A stretch of DNA of 64,000 nucleotides from Acutalibacteraceae bacterium (GTDB lineage: Bacteria > Bacillota > Clostridia > Oscillospirales > Acutalibacteraceae). The notes below the pieces were generated by a model. It was not told the origin of the DNA. It was given only the letters and a program-made list of their open reading frames with translations, and did not search any database. The stretch's first letter is position 1, and every line of letters begins with the position of its first letter. Shown one piece after another: positions 16,777 through 26,285 of this stretch. The stretch lies in assembly GCA_036311065.1 (NCBI GenBank), contig JAXJQQ010000061.1:711-64710 (forward strand), written 5' to 3'. The translations under genes and the position numbers were made by a program.

Positions 16777-18042
16777 TTATTTTAAAGCCTGAAGAGCCTT
16801 CTGTCCGATATCGGATCTGCGGTAAGCACCTTCAAACTTCACACCGTCAGAAAGACGGTATGCTTCCTTTATAGCTTCGGGAAGAGAAGGGGCAACTGCA
16901 GTTGTGCCTGTTACACGGCCGCCCCATGTAAGGAGCTTTCCGTTTTCCTTTTTTGCACCTGCCACAAAGGTAGCCTCAAGAGCTTCCTTTGTGAAGGTCA
17001 TTTCATATCCCTTGTTGTATGATGTGGGATAGCCTTCAGAAGCGAGAATAACACAGCAGGCATGCTTATCGGAGAACTTTACCTCTGTTTCAGACAGAGT
17101 TCCCTCTGTTGTAGCCTTCATAACTGTAAGCAGGTCGCTTTCAAGAAGGGGGAGAACTACCTGAGTTTCGGGATCGCCGAAACGGCAGTTATATTCAATA
17201 ACTCTGGGTCCGTTAGGTGTAAGCATAAGGCCGAAGTAAAGGCAGCCCTTGAAGGTGCGTCCCTCAGCATTCATAGCATTGATGGTGGGAAGGAAAATTG
17301 TTTCCATACATTCGTCAGCTATCTCTTTGGTGTAATAAGGGTTGGGTGCTACAGTGCCCATACCGCCTGTGTTAAGGCCCGTATCATTATCACCTATTCT
17401 CTTGTGGTCCATTGAAGAAACCATAGGCTTTACAACCTTACCGTCAGTAAATGCAAGAACAGATACTTCGGGACCTGTGAGGAATTCTTCAACCACCACA
17501 CGTGAGCCTGACTTGCCGAAAATACCGCCTTCCATCATATCGCGTACAGCTGTTCTGGCTTCATCGCGGGTCTGGGCAATTATAACACCCTTACCGAGTG
17601 CAAGACCGTCAGCCTTGATAACGGTGGGAACGGGAGCGGTTTCAAGGTAAGAAAGTGCAGCTTCCATATCATCAAACACTTCGTAAGAAGCGGTAGGAAT
17701 GTTATACTTTTTCATTAAGTTTTTGGAGAAAACCTTACTGCCTTCTATAATTGCTGCATTTGCTCTGGGACCGAAGCAGGGGATTCCCTTTTCTTCAAGA
17801 GCATCAACACAGCCCAGAACAAGAGGATCGTCGGGAGCAACAACTGCGTAGTCGATTTTATTATCTGCGGCAAAGGCCACGATTTTGTCAATTTCTGTAG
17901 CACCGATTTCCACGCAGGTAGCATCGGCTGCAATACCGCCGTTACCGGGAAGGGCAAAAATTTCTGTTACATCTTTGTTTTCTTTGAGTTTTTTTATGAT
18001 GGCGTGTTCTCTTCCACCGCCACCTACAACCATTATTTTCAT
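16777..18042 (-). CDS. purD: phosphoribosylamine--glycine ligase
   Basis: MKIMVVGGGGREHAI N-terminus and an ATP-grasp domain; typical PurD length. Confidence 0.95.
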   Translation of the reverse strand: MKIMVVGGGGREHAIIKKLKENKDVTEIFALPGNGGIAADATCVEIGATEIDKIVAFAADNKIDYAVVAPDDPLVLGCVDALEEKGIPCFGPRANAAIIEGSKVFSKNLMKKYNIPTASYEVFDDMEAALSYLETAPVPTVIKADGLALGKGVIIAQTRDEARTAVRDMMEGGIFGKSGSRVVVEEFLTGPEVSVLAFTDGKVVKPMVSSMDHKRIGDNDTGLNTGGMGTVAPNPYYTKEIADECMETIFLPTINAMNAEGRTFKGCLYFGLMLTPNGPRVIEYNCRFGDPETQVVLPLLESDLLTVMKATTEGTLSETEVKFSDKHACCVILASEGYPTSYNKGYEMTFTKEALEATFVAGAKKENGKLLTWGGRVTGTTAVAPSLPEAIKEAYRLSDGVKFEGAYRRSDIGQKALQALK

Positions 18043-18061
18043 CGGTAAAACTCCTTATACT

Positions 18062-19300
18062 TTAATAGATGGGATATTTTGCACAAAGGTCCTGAACTTC
18101 CTTTGTGATTCTTTCCTTGTTTGCTTCAAAGTCAACAATAACATCCTTAATCCACTTGGCAATAAGAAGCATTTCATCTTCCTTGAAGCCTCTTGTGGTG
18201 ATTGCGGCTGTACCGATACGAAGACCGCTTGTAACAAAGGGACTTGCGGGGTCATTGGGAATAGTATTTTTGTTGGCTGTGATGTGAACCTCGTCAAGGC
18301 GTTTTTCAAGCTCTTTACCTGAAATACCGAACTTACGAAGGTCAAGGAGCATAAGGTGATTGTCTGTACCGCCGGATACAATATCAATATCCTGTTCTTT
18401 AAGTGCCTGGCAAAGAACAGCAGCATTTTTAACAACCTGCTCACCGTAAGCTTTGAAGTCATCAGAAAGGGCTTCACCCAAAGCAACAGCCTTGGCTGCA
18501 ATAACATGCATAAGAGGTCCGCCCTGAGTGCCGGGGAAAACAGATTTATCAATCTGCTTGGAGAGCTCTTCCTTGCAAAGAATCATGCCGCCTCTGGGTC
18601 CGCGGAGAGTTTTGTGGGTGGTTGTTGTAACAACATCTGCATAGGGAACGGGTGAGGGATGGACACCTGCAGCAACAAGACCTGCAATGTGAGCCATATC
18701 AACCATAAGGTATGCACCTACCTCGTCTGCAATTTCTCTGCAACGGGCAAAATCAATGATTCTTGAATATGCACTTGCACCTACAACAATAAGCTTAGGC
18801 TTACATTCAAGGGCAATTTCTCTCATCTTGTCGTAGTCGATAACCTCTGTTTCATCGTCAACACCGTAGGGAACAATATTCCAGTATTTACCTGAGATGT
18901 TAACGGGTGAGCCGTGGGAAAGGTGACCGCCCTGAGAAAGATTCATACCCATAACAGTGTCACCGGGATTTACGAGTGCAAAGAAAACCGAAAGGTTTGC
19001 ATTTGCACCTGAATGGGGCTGAACATTGGCATGCTCTGCACCGAAAAGCTTCTTTGCTCTTTCTCTTGCAATTTCTTCAACCTCGTCAACACAGTGACAT
19101 CCGCCGTAGTAACGCTTACCAGGATAGCCTTCGGCATATTTGTTTGTAAGAACACTGCCTGCGGCAAGAAGAACTGCCTTAGAAACAATATTTTCTGAAG
19201 CAATAAGCTCTATAAAGGTCTGCTGTCTTGTCATTTCCTTGTCGCAGGAAGCAAAAACCTCTGAGTCGTATTTCTGAAGTTCATCAAAGTAATTAAGCAT
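18062..19300 (-). CDS. glyA: serine hydroxymethyltransferase
   Basis: SHMT signature including the PLP-lysine region [16 protein letters not shown]. Confidence 0.95.
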   Translation of the reverse strand: MLNYFDELQKYDSEVFASCDKEMTRQQTFIELIASENIVSKAVLLAAGSVLTNKYAEGYPGKRYYGGCHCVDEVEEIARERAKKLFGAEHANVQPHSGANANLSVFFALVNPGDTVMGMNLSQGGHLSHGSPVNISGKYWNIVPYGVDDETEVIDYDKMREIALECKPKLIVVGASAYSRIIDFARCREIADEVGAYLMVDMAHIAGLVAAGVHPSPVPYADVVTTTTHKTLRGPRGGMILCKEELSKQIDKSVFPGTQGGPLMHVIAAKAVALGEALSDDFKAYGEQVVKNAAVLCQALKEQDIDIVSGGTDNHLMLLDLRKFGISGKELEKRLDEVHITANKNTIPNDPASPFVTSGLRIGTAAITTRGFKEDEMLLIAKWIKDVIVDFEANKERITKEVQDLCAKYPIY

Positions 19301-19326
19301 ATTAAGCTCCTTTAAAATTTATTTGA

Positions 19327-20511
19327 TTAATGATGGAAGAGACGCATCTTTGTAAATGCCATTACCATATTATATTTGTCTGCACATTCAATAACTGCAT
19401 CGTCTCTGATTGAGCCGCCGGGCTCTGCAATGTAGCTTACGCCGCTGCGGTATGCTCTTTCAATGTTGTCTGAGAAGGGGAAGAATGCATCTGAGCCAAG
19501 GGCAATGCCTGTGTATGAGCTGAGGTGTGCATCCATTTCTTCTTTTGTAAATGGCTCAGGCTGAGTGGTGAAATATTTCTGCCAGTTGCCGTCAGCACAA
19601 ACATCTTCTTCGTTTTTGTTGATGTAGCCGTCAATAACATTGTCTCTGTCAGCTCTGCCGAGAGTGGGAAGGAAGGGAAGGTTAAGCACCTTGTCTGCCT
19701 GACGCAGAAGCCATGTATCAGCCTTTGTACCTGCAAGGCGTGTGCAGTGAATTCTTGACTGCTGACCTGCACCTACACCGATTGCCTGACCGTCTACTGC
19801 ATAGCATACAGAGTTTGACTGTGTATATTTAAGTGTGATAAGAGCCACAATGAGGTCTCTCTTTGCGCTTTCGGGAAGCTCCTTATTTTTTGTAACGATG
19901 TCGGAAAGAAGAGCTTCGTTAATTTCAAAGTTGTTTCTGCCCTGCTGGAAGGTGATGCCGTAAACCTGCTTGGTTTCAATTTCAGCGGGAACGTAGTCAG
20001 CATCAATTTTAACAACGTTGTAGTTGCCGTTTCTCTTTAATTTGAGAATAGCGAGAGCTTCATCTGTGTAACCGGGAGCGATAACGCCGTCGGAAATTTC
20101 TCTTTTAATAAGCTTTGCAGTTGTGGCATCGCAAACATCTGAAAGTGCAACCCAGTCACCGAAGGAGCACATTCTGTCGGTTCCTCTTGCGCGGGCATAA
20201 GCGCAGGCAAGGGGGCTTTCATCAAGACCGGGAACATCGTCAACGAAGCAAGCCTTCTTAAGCTTTTCGGGAAGGATTGTACCGCAGGCTGCCGATGTGG
20301 GGCTGACGTGCTTGAAGGATGCTGCACAGGGAAGACCTGTTGCTTCCTTTAATTCCTTAACAAGCTGCCAGGAATTGAAGGCATCAAGAAAGTTGATGTA
20401 ACCGGGTCTGCCTGAAAGGATTTCAATGGGAAGCTCGCTTCCGTCATGCATATAAATTTTTGAAGGCTTCTGATTGGGGTTACAGCCATATTTGAGTTCT
20501 AATTCTTTCAT
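19327..20511 (-). CDS. purH: AICAR transformylase-only PurH homolog (no MGS/IMP cyclohydrolase domain)
   Basis: ORF 19327..20571. Preferred start is ATG 20511 (MKELELKYGCNPNQ) with an AAAGGAG SD. The sequence matches the AICARFT domain (GAGQQSRIHCTRLAG) and lacks the N-terminal IMPCH domain. Confidence 0.85.
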   Translation of the reverse strand: MKELELKYGCNPNQKPSKIYMHDGSELPIEILSGRPGYINFLDAFNSWQLVKELKEATGLPCAASFKHVSPTSAACGTILPEKLKKACFVDDVPGLDESPLACAYARARGTDRMCSFGDWVALSDVCDATTAKLIKREISDGVIAPGYTDEALAILKLKRNGNYNVVKIDADYVPAEIETKQVYGITFQQGRNNFEINEALLSDIVTKNKELPESAKRDLIVALITLKYTQSNSVCYAVDGQAIGVGAGQQSRIHCTRLAGTKADTWLLRQADKVLNLPFLPTLGRADRDNVIDGYINKNEEDVCADGNWQKYFTTQPEPFTKEEMDAHLSSYTGIALGSDAFFPFSDNIERAYRSGVSYIAEPGGSIRDDAVIECADKYNMVMAFTKMRLFHH

Positions 20512-20556
20512 TGTTATAACTCCTTTTGTTTTTAGGTTCTGCTTTTGCAGAATTAA

Positions 20557-20605
20557 AGTAATAAGTAGCAAATAGCAAGGGAAAATTGCTTCACAATTTC
20601 TTGAG
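20557..20605. repeat. dispersed intergenic repeat copy (AGTAG tract + AAATTG-CTTCA-CAATTT hairpin)
   Basis: AAGTAATAAGTAGCAAATAGCAAGGGAAAATTGCTTCACAATTTCTTGAG, with the hairpin at 20583-20599. Confidence 0.6.
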
Positions 20606-20680
20606 ATTTTTATATAACAATTTAAAAGCCGTTCAAATACAGTAATATTTATCGGGAAGAATACCAGCTTAAGGTTATTT

Positions 20681-20704
20681 CCTGACTACTGACTACTGAC
20701 TACT
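20681..20704. repeat. inverted (CTGACTA)-type tract, partner arm of the 20557 repeat
   Basis: CCTGACTACTGACTACTGACTACT is the reverse complement of AGTAGTCAGTAGTCAGTAGTCAGG, the tract seen at 58559. Confidence 0.6.
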
Positions 20705-20726
20705 ATCAATGCCGTTAAAGCACAAT

Positions 20727-21443
20727 TTATTTATTCTTGTTGACTACTCTTGTTTCACTTTCGCCTGACTCAATGTCAATATATCTTACGAAAAGTGAAA
20801 CCTTGTTGTCCTCATTGAGATTCGTCCAGATAAGGTCTGTGAGCTCGTCAATAGAAACATCGGGAAGCTCAAGAGTTTTGGGTTCACCTTCAAATGAGGG
20901 CAGGGGATTGCCGTCACAGTTGTAGGTGTGGATAAACTTAGCCTTACCGCAAAGGGGATTTGAATAAGCGTATGTGAATCTTTCACAGGAGCTGTCGTCA
21001 CCCTCTGCACTTTTGAGAATTGACATTGCGTAGTTCATACCGTCCTTTTCAAGGCGGATGATACCTGAAATTCGGGGAGTAAAGTTGGGAGCATCGTCCT
21101 CGAATTCTCTTGTGCGCAATGCCTGCTCAAAGGTAAGCTGCTTATCCATAAGCTCGTAAATTGTGTCGGTCTGGTCACCGTTTGTAACGATTGTTTTGTT
21201 GCCGAGTACTCTTACGGGGTAGTAAATGATAAGATGGGGGTCTGTCATTTTGCTTTCGTCAAATGCCTTGGTGCGCATTGCATCGCCTTCAAGCACGAAA
21301 ACACGGTTACGGCTGTTTTCGCTTCTGCCCATAATGAAATAAGCAGTTACAGCCTTTTTGCCGTCGGCACTTTTACCGATAATGATACCTCTGCCGTGGT
21401 AGGCGAGGGAGTTAAGCTCGTCTTTGATTGTTGAAATTTTCAT
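20727..21443 (-). CDS. purO: IMP cyclohydrolase, archaeal PurO-like type
   Basis: The 238-aa protein (LAYHGRGIIIGKSADGKKAVTAYFIMGRSENSRNRVF) resembles PurO-type IMP cyclohydrolases. It sits next to the AICARFT-only purH. Confidence 0.8.
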   Translation of the reverse strand: MKISTIKDELNSLAYHGRGIIIGKSADGKKAVTAYFIMGRSENSRNRVFVLEGDAMRTKAFDESKMTDPHLIIYYPVRVLGNKTIVTNGDQTDTIYELMDKQLTFEQALRTREFEDDAPNFTPRISGIIRLEKDGMNYAMSILKSAEGDDSSCERFTYAYSNPLCGKAKFIHTYNCDGNPLPSFEGEPKTLELPDVSIDELTDLIWTNLNEDNKVSLFVRYIDIESGESETRVVNKNK

Positions 21444-21445
21444 TT

Positions 21446-22075
21446 TTATTCTCCTATATAAACCTTGTTGTTTTCAACTGTGAGTCTGTCCTGACAGAAA
21501 AGGCTTACAGCTTCAGGAAGAATTTTCCATTCAGCCTCAGTCATAACCCTTTTTTGCAGAACTTCGGGAGTGTCATCTGCTTTGACTTCGACTGCCTTCT
21601 GAAGAATGATTTCACCGCCGTCGGGAATTTCATTCACAAAGTGAACAGTAGCACCCGTTACCTTAACACCGTATTCCAGAGCCTTTTCGTGAACATGAAG
21701 TCCGTAAAAGCCTTTGCCGCAGAATGAGGGGATAAGAGAAGGATGAACATTTATGATTCTGTGCTCAAAGGCTTTTGTGAAATCAGAAGAAAGAATACTC
21801 ATAAAGCCTGCAAGAACAATAAGGTCGATTTCGTGCTCTCTTAAAAGAGCTATGATTTTCTGTTCAAACATTTCCTGACTGCCGCATTCCTTTTTAAGAA
21901 CAACAGCAGAAGGTATGCCGTTCATTCTTGCTCTTTCCAGAGCGTATGCGGTTTTATTGTTTGAAATTACAAGTGAAATCTTACCGCTTGTAATAATTCC
22001 GTTTTTTTCGGCATCAATAAGTGCCTGAAGGTTTGTACCGCCGCCGGAAACAAGAACTGCGATTTTCTTACTCAT
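21446..22075 (-). CDS. purN: phosphoribosylglycinamide formyltransferase
   Basis: Typical PurN (KIAVLVSGGGTNLQALID, INVHPSLIP). Confidence 0.93.
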   Translation of the reverse strand: MSKKIAVLVSGGGTNLQALIDAEKNGIITSGKISLVISNNKTAYALERARMNGIPSAVVLKKECGSQEMFEQKIIALLREHEIDLIVLAGFMSILSSDFTKAFEHRIINVHPSLIPSFCGKGFYGLHVHEKALEYGVKVTGATVHFVNEIPDGGEIILQKAVEVKADDTPEVLQKRVMTEAEWKILPEAVSLFCQDRLTVENNKVYIGE

Positions 22076-23127
22076 TACAGAATCACCTTCTCGTCGCCTT
22101 CGATAATTTCACCGATAACATAAGCGTCGATACCGTTTTCCTTAAGAACAGAGATTGAAAGTTCAACTTCATCCTTGGGAACAACAATGCTCATACCAAC
22201 ACCCATGTTATAGGTGTTGTACATATCACGTTCGGGAATGTTGCCCCACTTTGCAATTACATTAAAGATGGGAAGAACCTTAACGGCAGACTTGTCAATT
22301 TTTGCACAAAGTCCGTCGGGAATTGAACGGGGAATGTTTTCATAGAAGCCACCGCCCGTAATATGAGAAATACCCTTAACCTTAACCTTTTCAAGAAGAG
22401 CGAGAACGGGCTTTACATAAATCTTTGTGGGAACAAGCAGTGCTTCTGCAATGCTCTTGCCGTCAAGTTCTTCGCGGGGAATATAAAGCTCGGGGTTATT
22501 GTTATCAATATCAAAAACCTTACGGCATAAGCTGAAGCCGTTGGAGTGAATACCTGTTGAAGGAAGAGCAATAACTACATCACCTGCAGCCATTTTGCTG
22601 TTGTCAATCATCTTGGGCTTATCAACAACGCCTACTGCAAAGCCTGCAAGGTCATAATCCTCCTCCGGCATAAGACCGGGATGCTCAGCGGTTTCACCGC
22701 CTATGAGTGCTGCACCTGACTGAACACAGCCTTCAGCAACACCGCTTACGATTTCTGCAATCTTTTCCGGAACGTTTTTACCGCAGGCAATATAGTCAAG
22801 GAAGAAAAGGGGCTTAGCACCAACACAGATAATATCGTTAACACACATAGCAACTGCGTCAATACCGATTGTATCGTGCTTATCCATAAGAATTGCAAGC
22901 TTAACCTTTGTTCCGCAGCCGTCAGTACCTGAAACTGAAACGGGATGCTCCATTCCTGCAATTGAGCTAAGGTCGAAGCAACCGCCGAAGCCGCCGACAT
23001 CATCCACTGAACCTTCGTTACGGGTTCTTGCAACGTGCTTTTTCATCAGCTCCACCGATTTGTAACCGGCAGTAATATCTACACCTGCAGCTGCATAGCT
23101 GGCAGAAAAAGAATTTTTGTGATCCAT
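22075..23127 (-). CDS. purM: phosphoribosylformylglycinamidine cyclo-ligase (AIR synthase)
   Basis: Typical PurM (YAAAGVDI, GTDGCGTK, HITGGGF). Confidence 0.95.
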   Translation of the reverse strand: MDHKNSFSASYAAAGVDITAGYKSVELMKKHVARTRNEGSVDDVGGFGGCFDLSSIAGMEHPVSVSGTDGCGTKVKLAILMDKHDTIGIDAVAMCVNDIICVGAKPLFFLDYIACGKNVPEKIAEIVSGVAEGCVQSGAALIGGETAEHPGLMPEEDYDLAGFAVGVVDKPKMIDNSKMAAGDVVIALPSTGIHSNGFSLCRKVFDIDNNNPELYIPREELDGKSIAEALLVPTKIYVKPVLALLEKVKVKGISHITGGGFYENIPRSIPDGLCAKIDKSAVKVLPIFNVIAKWGNIPERDMYNTYNMGVGMSIVVPKDEVELSISVLKENGIDAYVIGEIIEGDEKVIL

Positions 23128-23170
23128 GATATTGTACTCCTATAGTTATTTTTATAGTGGGGGTGTATTT

Positions 23171-23219
23171 GTAGTAGTAAGCAGCAAGTAGTAAGTAAAA
23201 ATCGCTTCACGATTTTGAG
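23171..23219. repeat. dispersed intergenic repeat copy (AGTAGTAAG tract + AAATCG-CTTCA-CGATTT hairpin)
   Basis: GTAGTAGTAAGCAGCAAGTAGTAAGTAAAAATCGCTTCACGATTTTGAG, with the hairpin at 23199-23215. Confidence 0.65.
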
Positions 23220-23234
23220 AATAATTTAATTTCT

Positions 23235-23265
23235 CATTGCTTACTACTTGTTTATTATTACTATT
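23235..23265. repeat. inverted partner arm of the 23171 repeat
   Basis: CTTACTACTTG (23240-23250) is the perfect complement of CAAGTAGTAAG (23185-23195). Confidence 0.6.
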
Positions 23266-23296
23266 CCGCTGTTTAGCTGTTTTAATGAAGGTCGGT

Positions 23297-24721
23297 TTAT
23301 TCTTTTCCGGTCCAACAGTAGGTGCACACCTTTTCAGCCGGAAGTCCGATAGCCTTGATTATTCCGTCAATGGACTGGAATTCGAGAGAAGTAAAGTGCA
23401 GCTTTTCGCAAATGGCACTTCTTAAGCTTTTACCGCGTTCAGTTGAAGAATCAATATATTCATCAATATATCTGAAGCCCTCCTCACCCTCAAGCTCAAC
23501 AATGGTGCTTCGTGCAATCAGCTCCATTTCAGAGGTTGCTCTTGAGAAGTTAAGGTATTTACAGCTGTACATAATCGGAGGACAGGCTGAACGGATATGT
23601 ACCTCTTTTGCACCGTTTTCATAAAGAAATTCAACAGTTTCCCTCAGCTGAGTGCCACGAACAATACTGTCATCAACAAAAAGAAGCTTTTTGCCGTTTA
23701 TAAGGTCATGAACGGGAATCTGTTTCATTTTGGCAACTCTGTTTCTTTCATTCTGATTAGAGGGAGTAAAGCTTCTTGCCCATGTCGGAGTATACTTTAT
23801 GAAGGGGCGGGCAAACTGAATTCTGCTTTCGTGAGCGTAACCGATAGCGTGAGGTGTACCTGAATCAGGAACACCGCTTACATAGTCAATATCCTGAGCT
23901 ACGCCGTTTATGCGGTCTGTTTCAGCCATAATTTTGCCGTTTTTGTATCTCATTACTTCAACATTCACACCTTCATAGCAGGCGTTTGAGTAGCCGTAAT
24001 AAGACCACAGAAAGGCACAGATTTTGGTTTTGTTTCCGGCTTGCTTTAAAACTCTGAAGGAGTCAGCCGTAAACTCAACAACCTCACCGGGACCAAGCTC
24101 TTTATAGTCGGCATAGCCTAATTTTTTATAAGCGAAGTCCTCAAAGGAAACGCAATATCCTTCATCGTTTGCACCGACTAAAACGGGAATTCTTCCGAAT
24201 CTGTCACGGGCAGCAATGATTCTGCCGTCATTGGTAAGAATCAATATTGAGGCAGTGCCGTCAATACGGCTCTGTGCGTAAGCTATACCGTCGGCAAAAT
24301 TATCCTTCTGGTTAATCAATGCCGCAACAAGCTCAGTTGAGTTGATACCTTCATTGGTCATAGCACCGAAGTGACCGCCGTTTGTAAAAAGAAAATCCTC
24401 AACAAGCTGCTCCTTGTTGTTAACTAAGCCTATAATACAGATAGCATAAAGTCCGAGCTTGGAACGAACAAGCAAGGGCTGTGCATCAGAATCACTGATG
24501 CACCCGATTGCTGCGTTGCCTTTCATTATGTTTGAAATATTTTCAAATTTTGTTCTGAAAGGCGAATTTTCTATTTTATGAATTTTTCTTTGTAATCCTT
24601 TTTTCTCGTCGTATGCAGCCATACCGCCGCGACGGGTACCAAGGTGTGAGTGATAGTCAGTGCCGAAGAATACGTCTAAAACAGTATCATTCTTACTGAC
24701 TGCTCCAAAAAAACCACCCAT
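23297..24721 (-). CDS. purF: amidophosphoribosyltransferase homolog lacking the N-terminal catalytic Cys
   Basis: PRPP-binding motif LLFVDDSIVRGTQL and Fe-S-type Cys pattern (KICAFLW, ACPPIMYSCKY, CTYCWTG). The N-terminus is MGGFFGAV (AAGGAG SD upstream) rather than MCG. Confidence 0.85.
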   Translation of the reverse strand: MGGFFGAVSKNDTVLDVFFGTDYHSHLGTRRGGMAAYDEKKGLQRKIHKIENSPFRTKFENISNIMKGNAAIGCISDSDAQPLLVRSKLGLYAICIIGLVNNKEQLVEDFLFTNGGHFGAMTNEGINSTELVAALINQKDNFADGIAYAQSRIDGTASILILTNDGRIIAARDRFGRIPVLVGANDEGYCVSFEDFAYKKLGYADYKELGPGEVVEFTADSFRVLKQAGNKTKICAFLWSYYGYSNACYEGVNVEVMRYKNGKIMAETDRINGVAQDIDYVSGVPDSGTPHAIGYAHESRIQFARPFIKYTPTWARSFTPSNQNERNRVAKMKQIPVHDLINGKKLLFVDDSIVRGTQLRETVEFLYENGAKEVHIRSACPPIMYSCKYLNFSRATSEMELIARSTIVELEGEEGFRYIDEYIDSSTERGKSLRSAICEKLHFTSLEFQSIDGIIKAIGLPAEKVCTYCWTGKE

Positions 24722-24732
24722 TTAATTGCTCC

Positions 24733-25413
24733 TTATGCGAAGAAAAGTTCTGAAAGTGTCATGGGGTCAATGTACTTGCCGTCCTTATAAACGCGCATGT
24801 TACCTGATGCGATTTCGTCAATAAGCATTACATTGCCTTCGGGGTCGTAGCCGAATTCAAATTTGATATCGTAAAGAACAAGACCCTTTTCCTTAAGGTC
24901 ATCAGCTACGATCTGAGTGATCTTCTGAGTCATTTCTTTAATATCGTCATACTGCTTGTCTGTCATAACGCCGAGAGCAACAAGAGCATCCTTGATTACA
25001 AGGGGATCGCCCTTTTCGTCGTTTTTGAAGGTCATTTCAACATATGCGGGAAGGTCAGCACCTTCTTCAATATAATCACCGTAACGGCGGATAAAGCTGC
25101 CTACTGCCTTATGACGGCAGATAACCTCAAGACCGTGACCGAATACCTTTGCGGGAAGAACTTCCATTGTTGTATCAGCAAGGTTTGCATTTACATAGTG
25201 AGTTTTGATGCCTGCTGCATTAACCTTTTCAAAGAAATAAATTGACATACGAAGGTTAACATCGCCAACACCGTCAATTGTAAGACCTACTGCGTTTTCA
25301 CCGGGATCAAAAACACCGTCTTTACCTGTGCAGTCATCCTTGAATTTAAGAAGGCAGTTGCCGTTCTCAAGCTTAAATACGTCCTTTGTTTTACCTGTGT
25401 AGATTTTTTCCAT
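24733..25413 (-). CDS. purC: phosphoribosylaminoimidazole-succinocarboxamide synthase
   Basis: Typical SAICAR synthase ([21 protein letters not shown]). Confidence 0.93.
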   Translation of the reverse strand: MEKIYTGKTKDVFKLENGNCLLKFKDDCTGKDGVFDPGENAVGLTIDGVGDVNLRMSIYFFEKVNAAGIKTHYVNANLADTTMEVLPAKVFGHGLEVICRHKAVGSFIRRYGDYIEEGADLPAYVEMTFKNDEKGDPLVIKDALVALGVMTDKQYDDIKEMTQKITQIVADDLKEKGLVLYDIKFEFGYDPEGNVMLIDEIASGNMRVYKDGKYIDPMTLSELFFA

Positions 25414-25471
25414 TGTTTTATTCCTCCGTTAAAAAATTTTGGTTTATATTTTTAATTTAAAATTGTGCTTT

Positions 25472-25513
25472 TAGTAGTAAGTGGTATAGAGAAATCGCTT
25501 CGCGATTTTAAGG
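25472..25513. repeat. dispersed intergenic repeat copy (AAATCG-CTTCG-CGATTT hairpin)
   Basis: TAGTAGTAAGTGGTATAGAGAAATCGCTTCGCGATTTTAAGG. Confidence 0.6.
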
Positions 25514-25633
25514 GCCTCTGAGATGATGGTCAAAAGTTCTCATTATATCACAGCAGCAGTGTCGGCCGTAACATCAACCCTTAGTTTAATTCCTTGCTGC
25601 TCTATATCCGTCTGAATTCAGAACTGCAGCCTT

Positions 25634-26128
25634 TCAGCTGTTATACTGCTTTTCAGCGGCAGCGTTCTTTTCGAGCACCTTGAGTGTGTCTGCTTTTCTT
25701 TTGGCAATAAGCTTTTCATAAAGCTCATCATCGCTTGTTGCGAGAATCTCAATAGACAACAAGGCGGCATTGACTGCACCGTCAATTGCAACTGTGGCTA
25801 CGGGGATACCTGAGGGCATCTGTACAGTTGACAAAAGGGCGTCAATACCGTCAAGATATTTTGATTTCATAGGAATGCCGATTACGGGCAGAACGGTGTT
25901 TGCCGCAATTGCACCTGCAAGGTGTGCAGCCATACCTGCCGCGGCAATAATACAGCCGAAGCCGTTTTCCTTAGCGTTTTCGGAAAACTCCTTTGCTTCC
26001 ACAGGGGTGCGGTGAGCAGAGAAGATATGAAGCTCAAAGGGTACACCGAATTCTTTAAGAGTATCGGCTGCCTTTGATACTACGGGCAAGTCGCTGTCGC
26101 TGCCCATGATGATTGCAACTTTTTTCAT
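25634..26128 (-). CDS. purE: 5-(carboxyamino)imidazole ribonucleotide mutase / AIR carboxylase catalytic subunit
   Basis: Typical PurE (VAIIMGSDSDLPV, SAHRTP, GMAAHLAG). Confidence 0.93.
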   Translation of the reverse strand: MKKVAIIMGSDSDLPVVSKAADTLKEFGVPFELHIFSAHRTPVEAKEFSENAKENGFGCIIAAAGMAAHLAGAIAANTVLPVIGIPMKSKYLDGIDALLSTVQMPSGIPVATVAIDGAVNAALLSIEILATSDDELYEKLIAKRKADTLKVLEKNAAAEKQYNS

Positions 26129-26159
26129 TGACTTTCAACCTCCTGAAAATGCTGTAAAT

Positions 26160-26285
26160 AAAAAAGGGCACACTTACTTAAGGTTTGTAAAACCCTTGTA
26201 AGTTAGCCCAGACGGTCGACTGTTATTGCTTTCCCTGATCCGTGTGGTGAACTCCACTTATCCGTCAGTCTCAAGGGAATGTATA
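26160..26285 (-). promoter_or_regulatory. ZTP (pfl-motif) riboswitch with terminator, leader of the pur operon
   Basis: Minus-strand RNA GACUGACGGAUAAGUGGAGUUCACCACACGGAUCAGGG...CAGUCGACCGUCUGGGC matches the pfl/ZTP hallmarks as I recall them (GACUGGCG-like 5' element, GUGG..CCAC helix, CCGNCUGGGC 3' element). It is followed by a hairpin (about 26168-26203) and a U-run before the purE SD. Confidence 0.65.

Noticed and set aside
19327-20571. N-terminal extensions given by the longest-ORF rule (purH 20571, ABC 36043, folC 45085, 44355, spoIIAA 52575, SEDS 53877, thrS 56548, 2676, 27235, 38160, 8058, 58647)
   Set aside because: In each case a downstream ATG has a proper GGAGG-type SD at 5-9 nt and gives the canonical N-terminus or signal peptide. 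The extensions overlap upstream genes, repeats or leaders.
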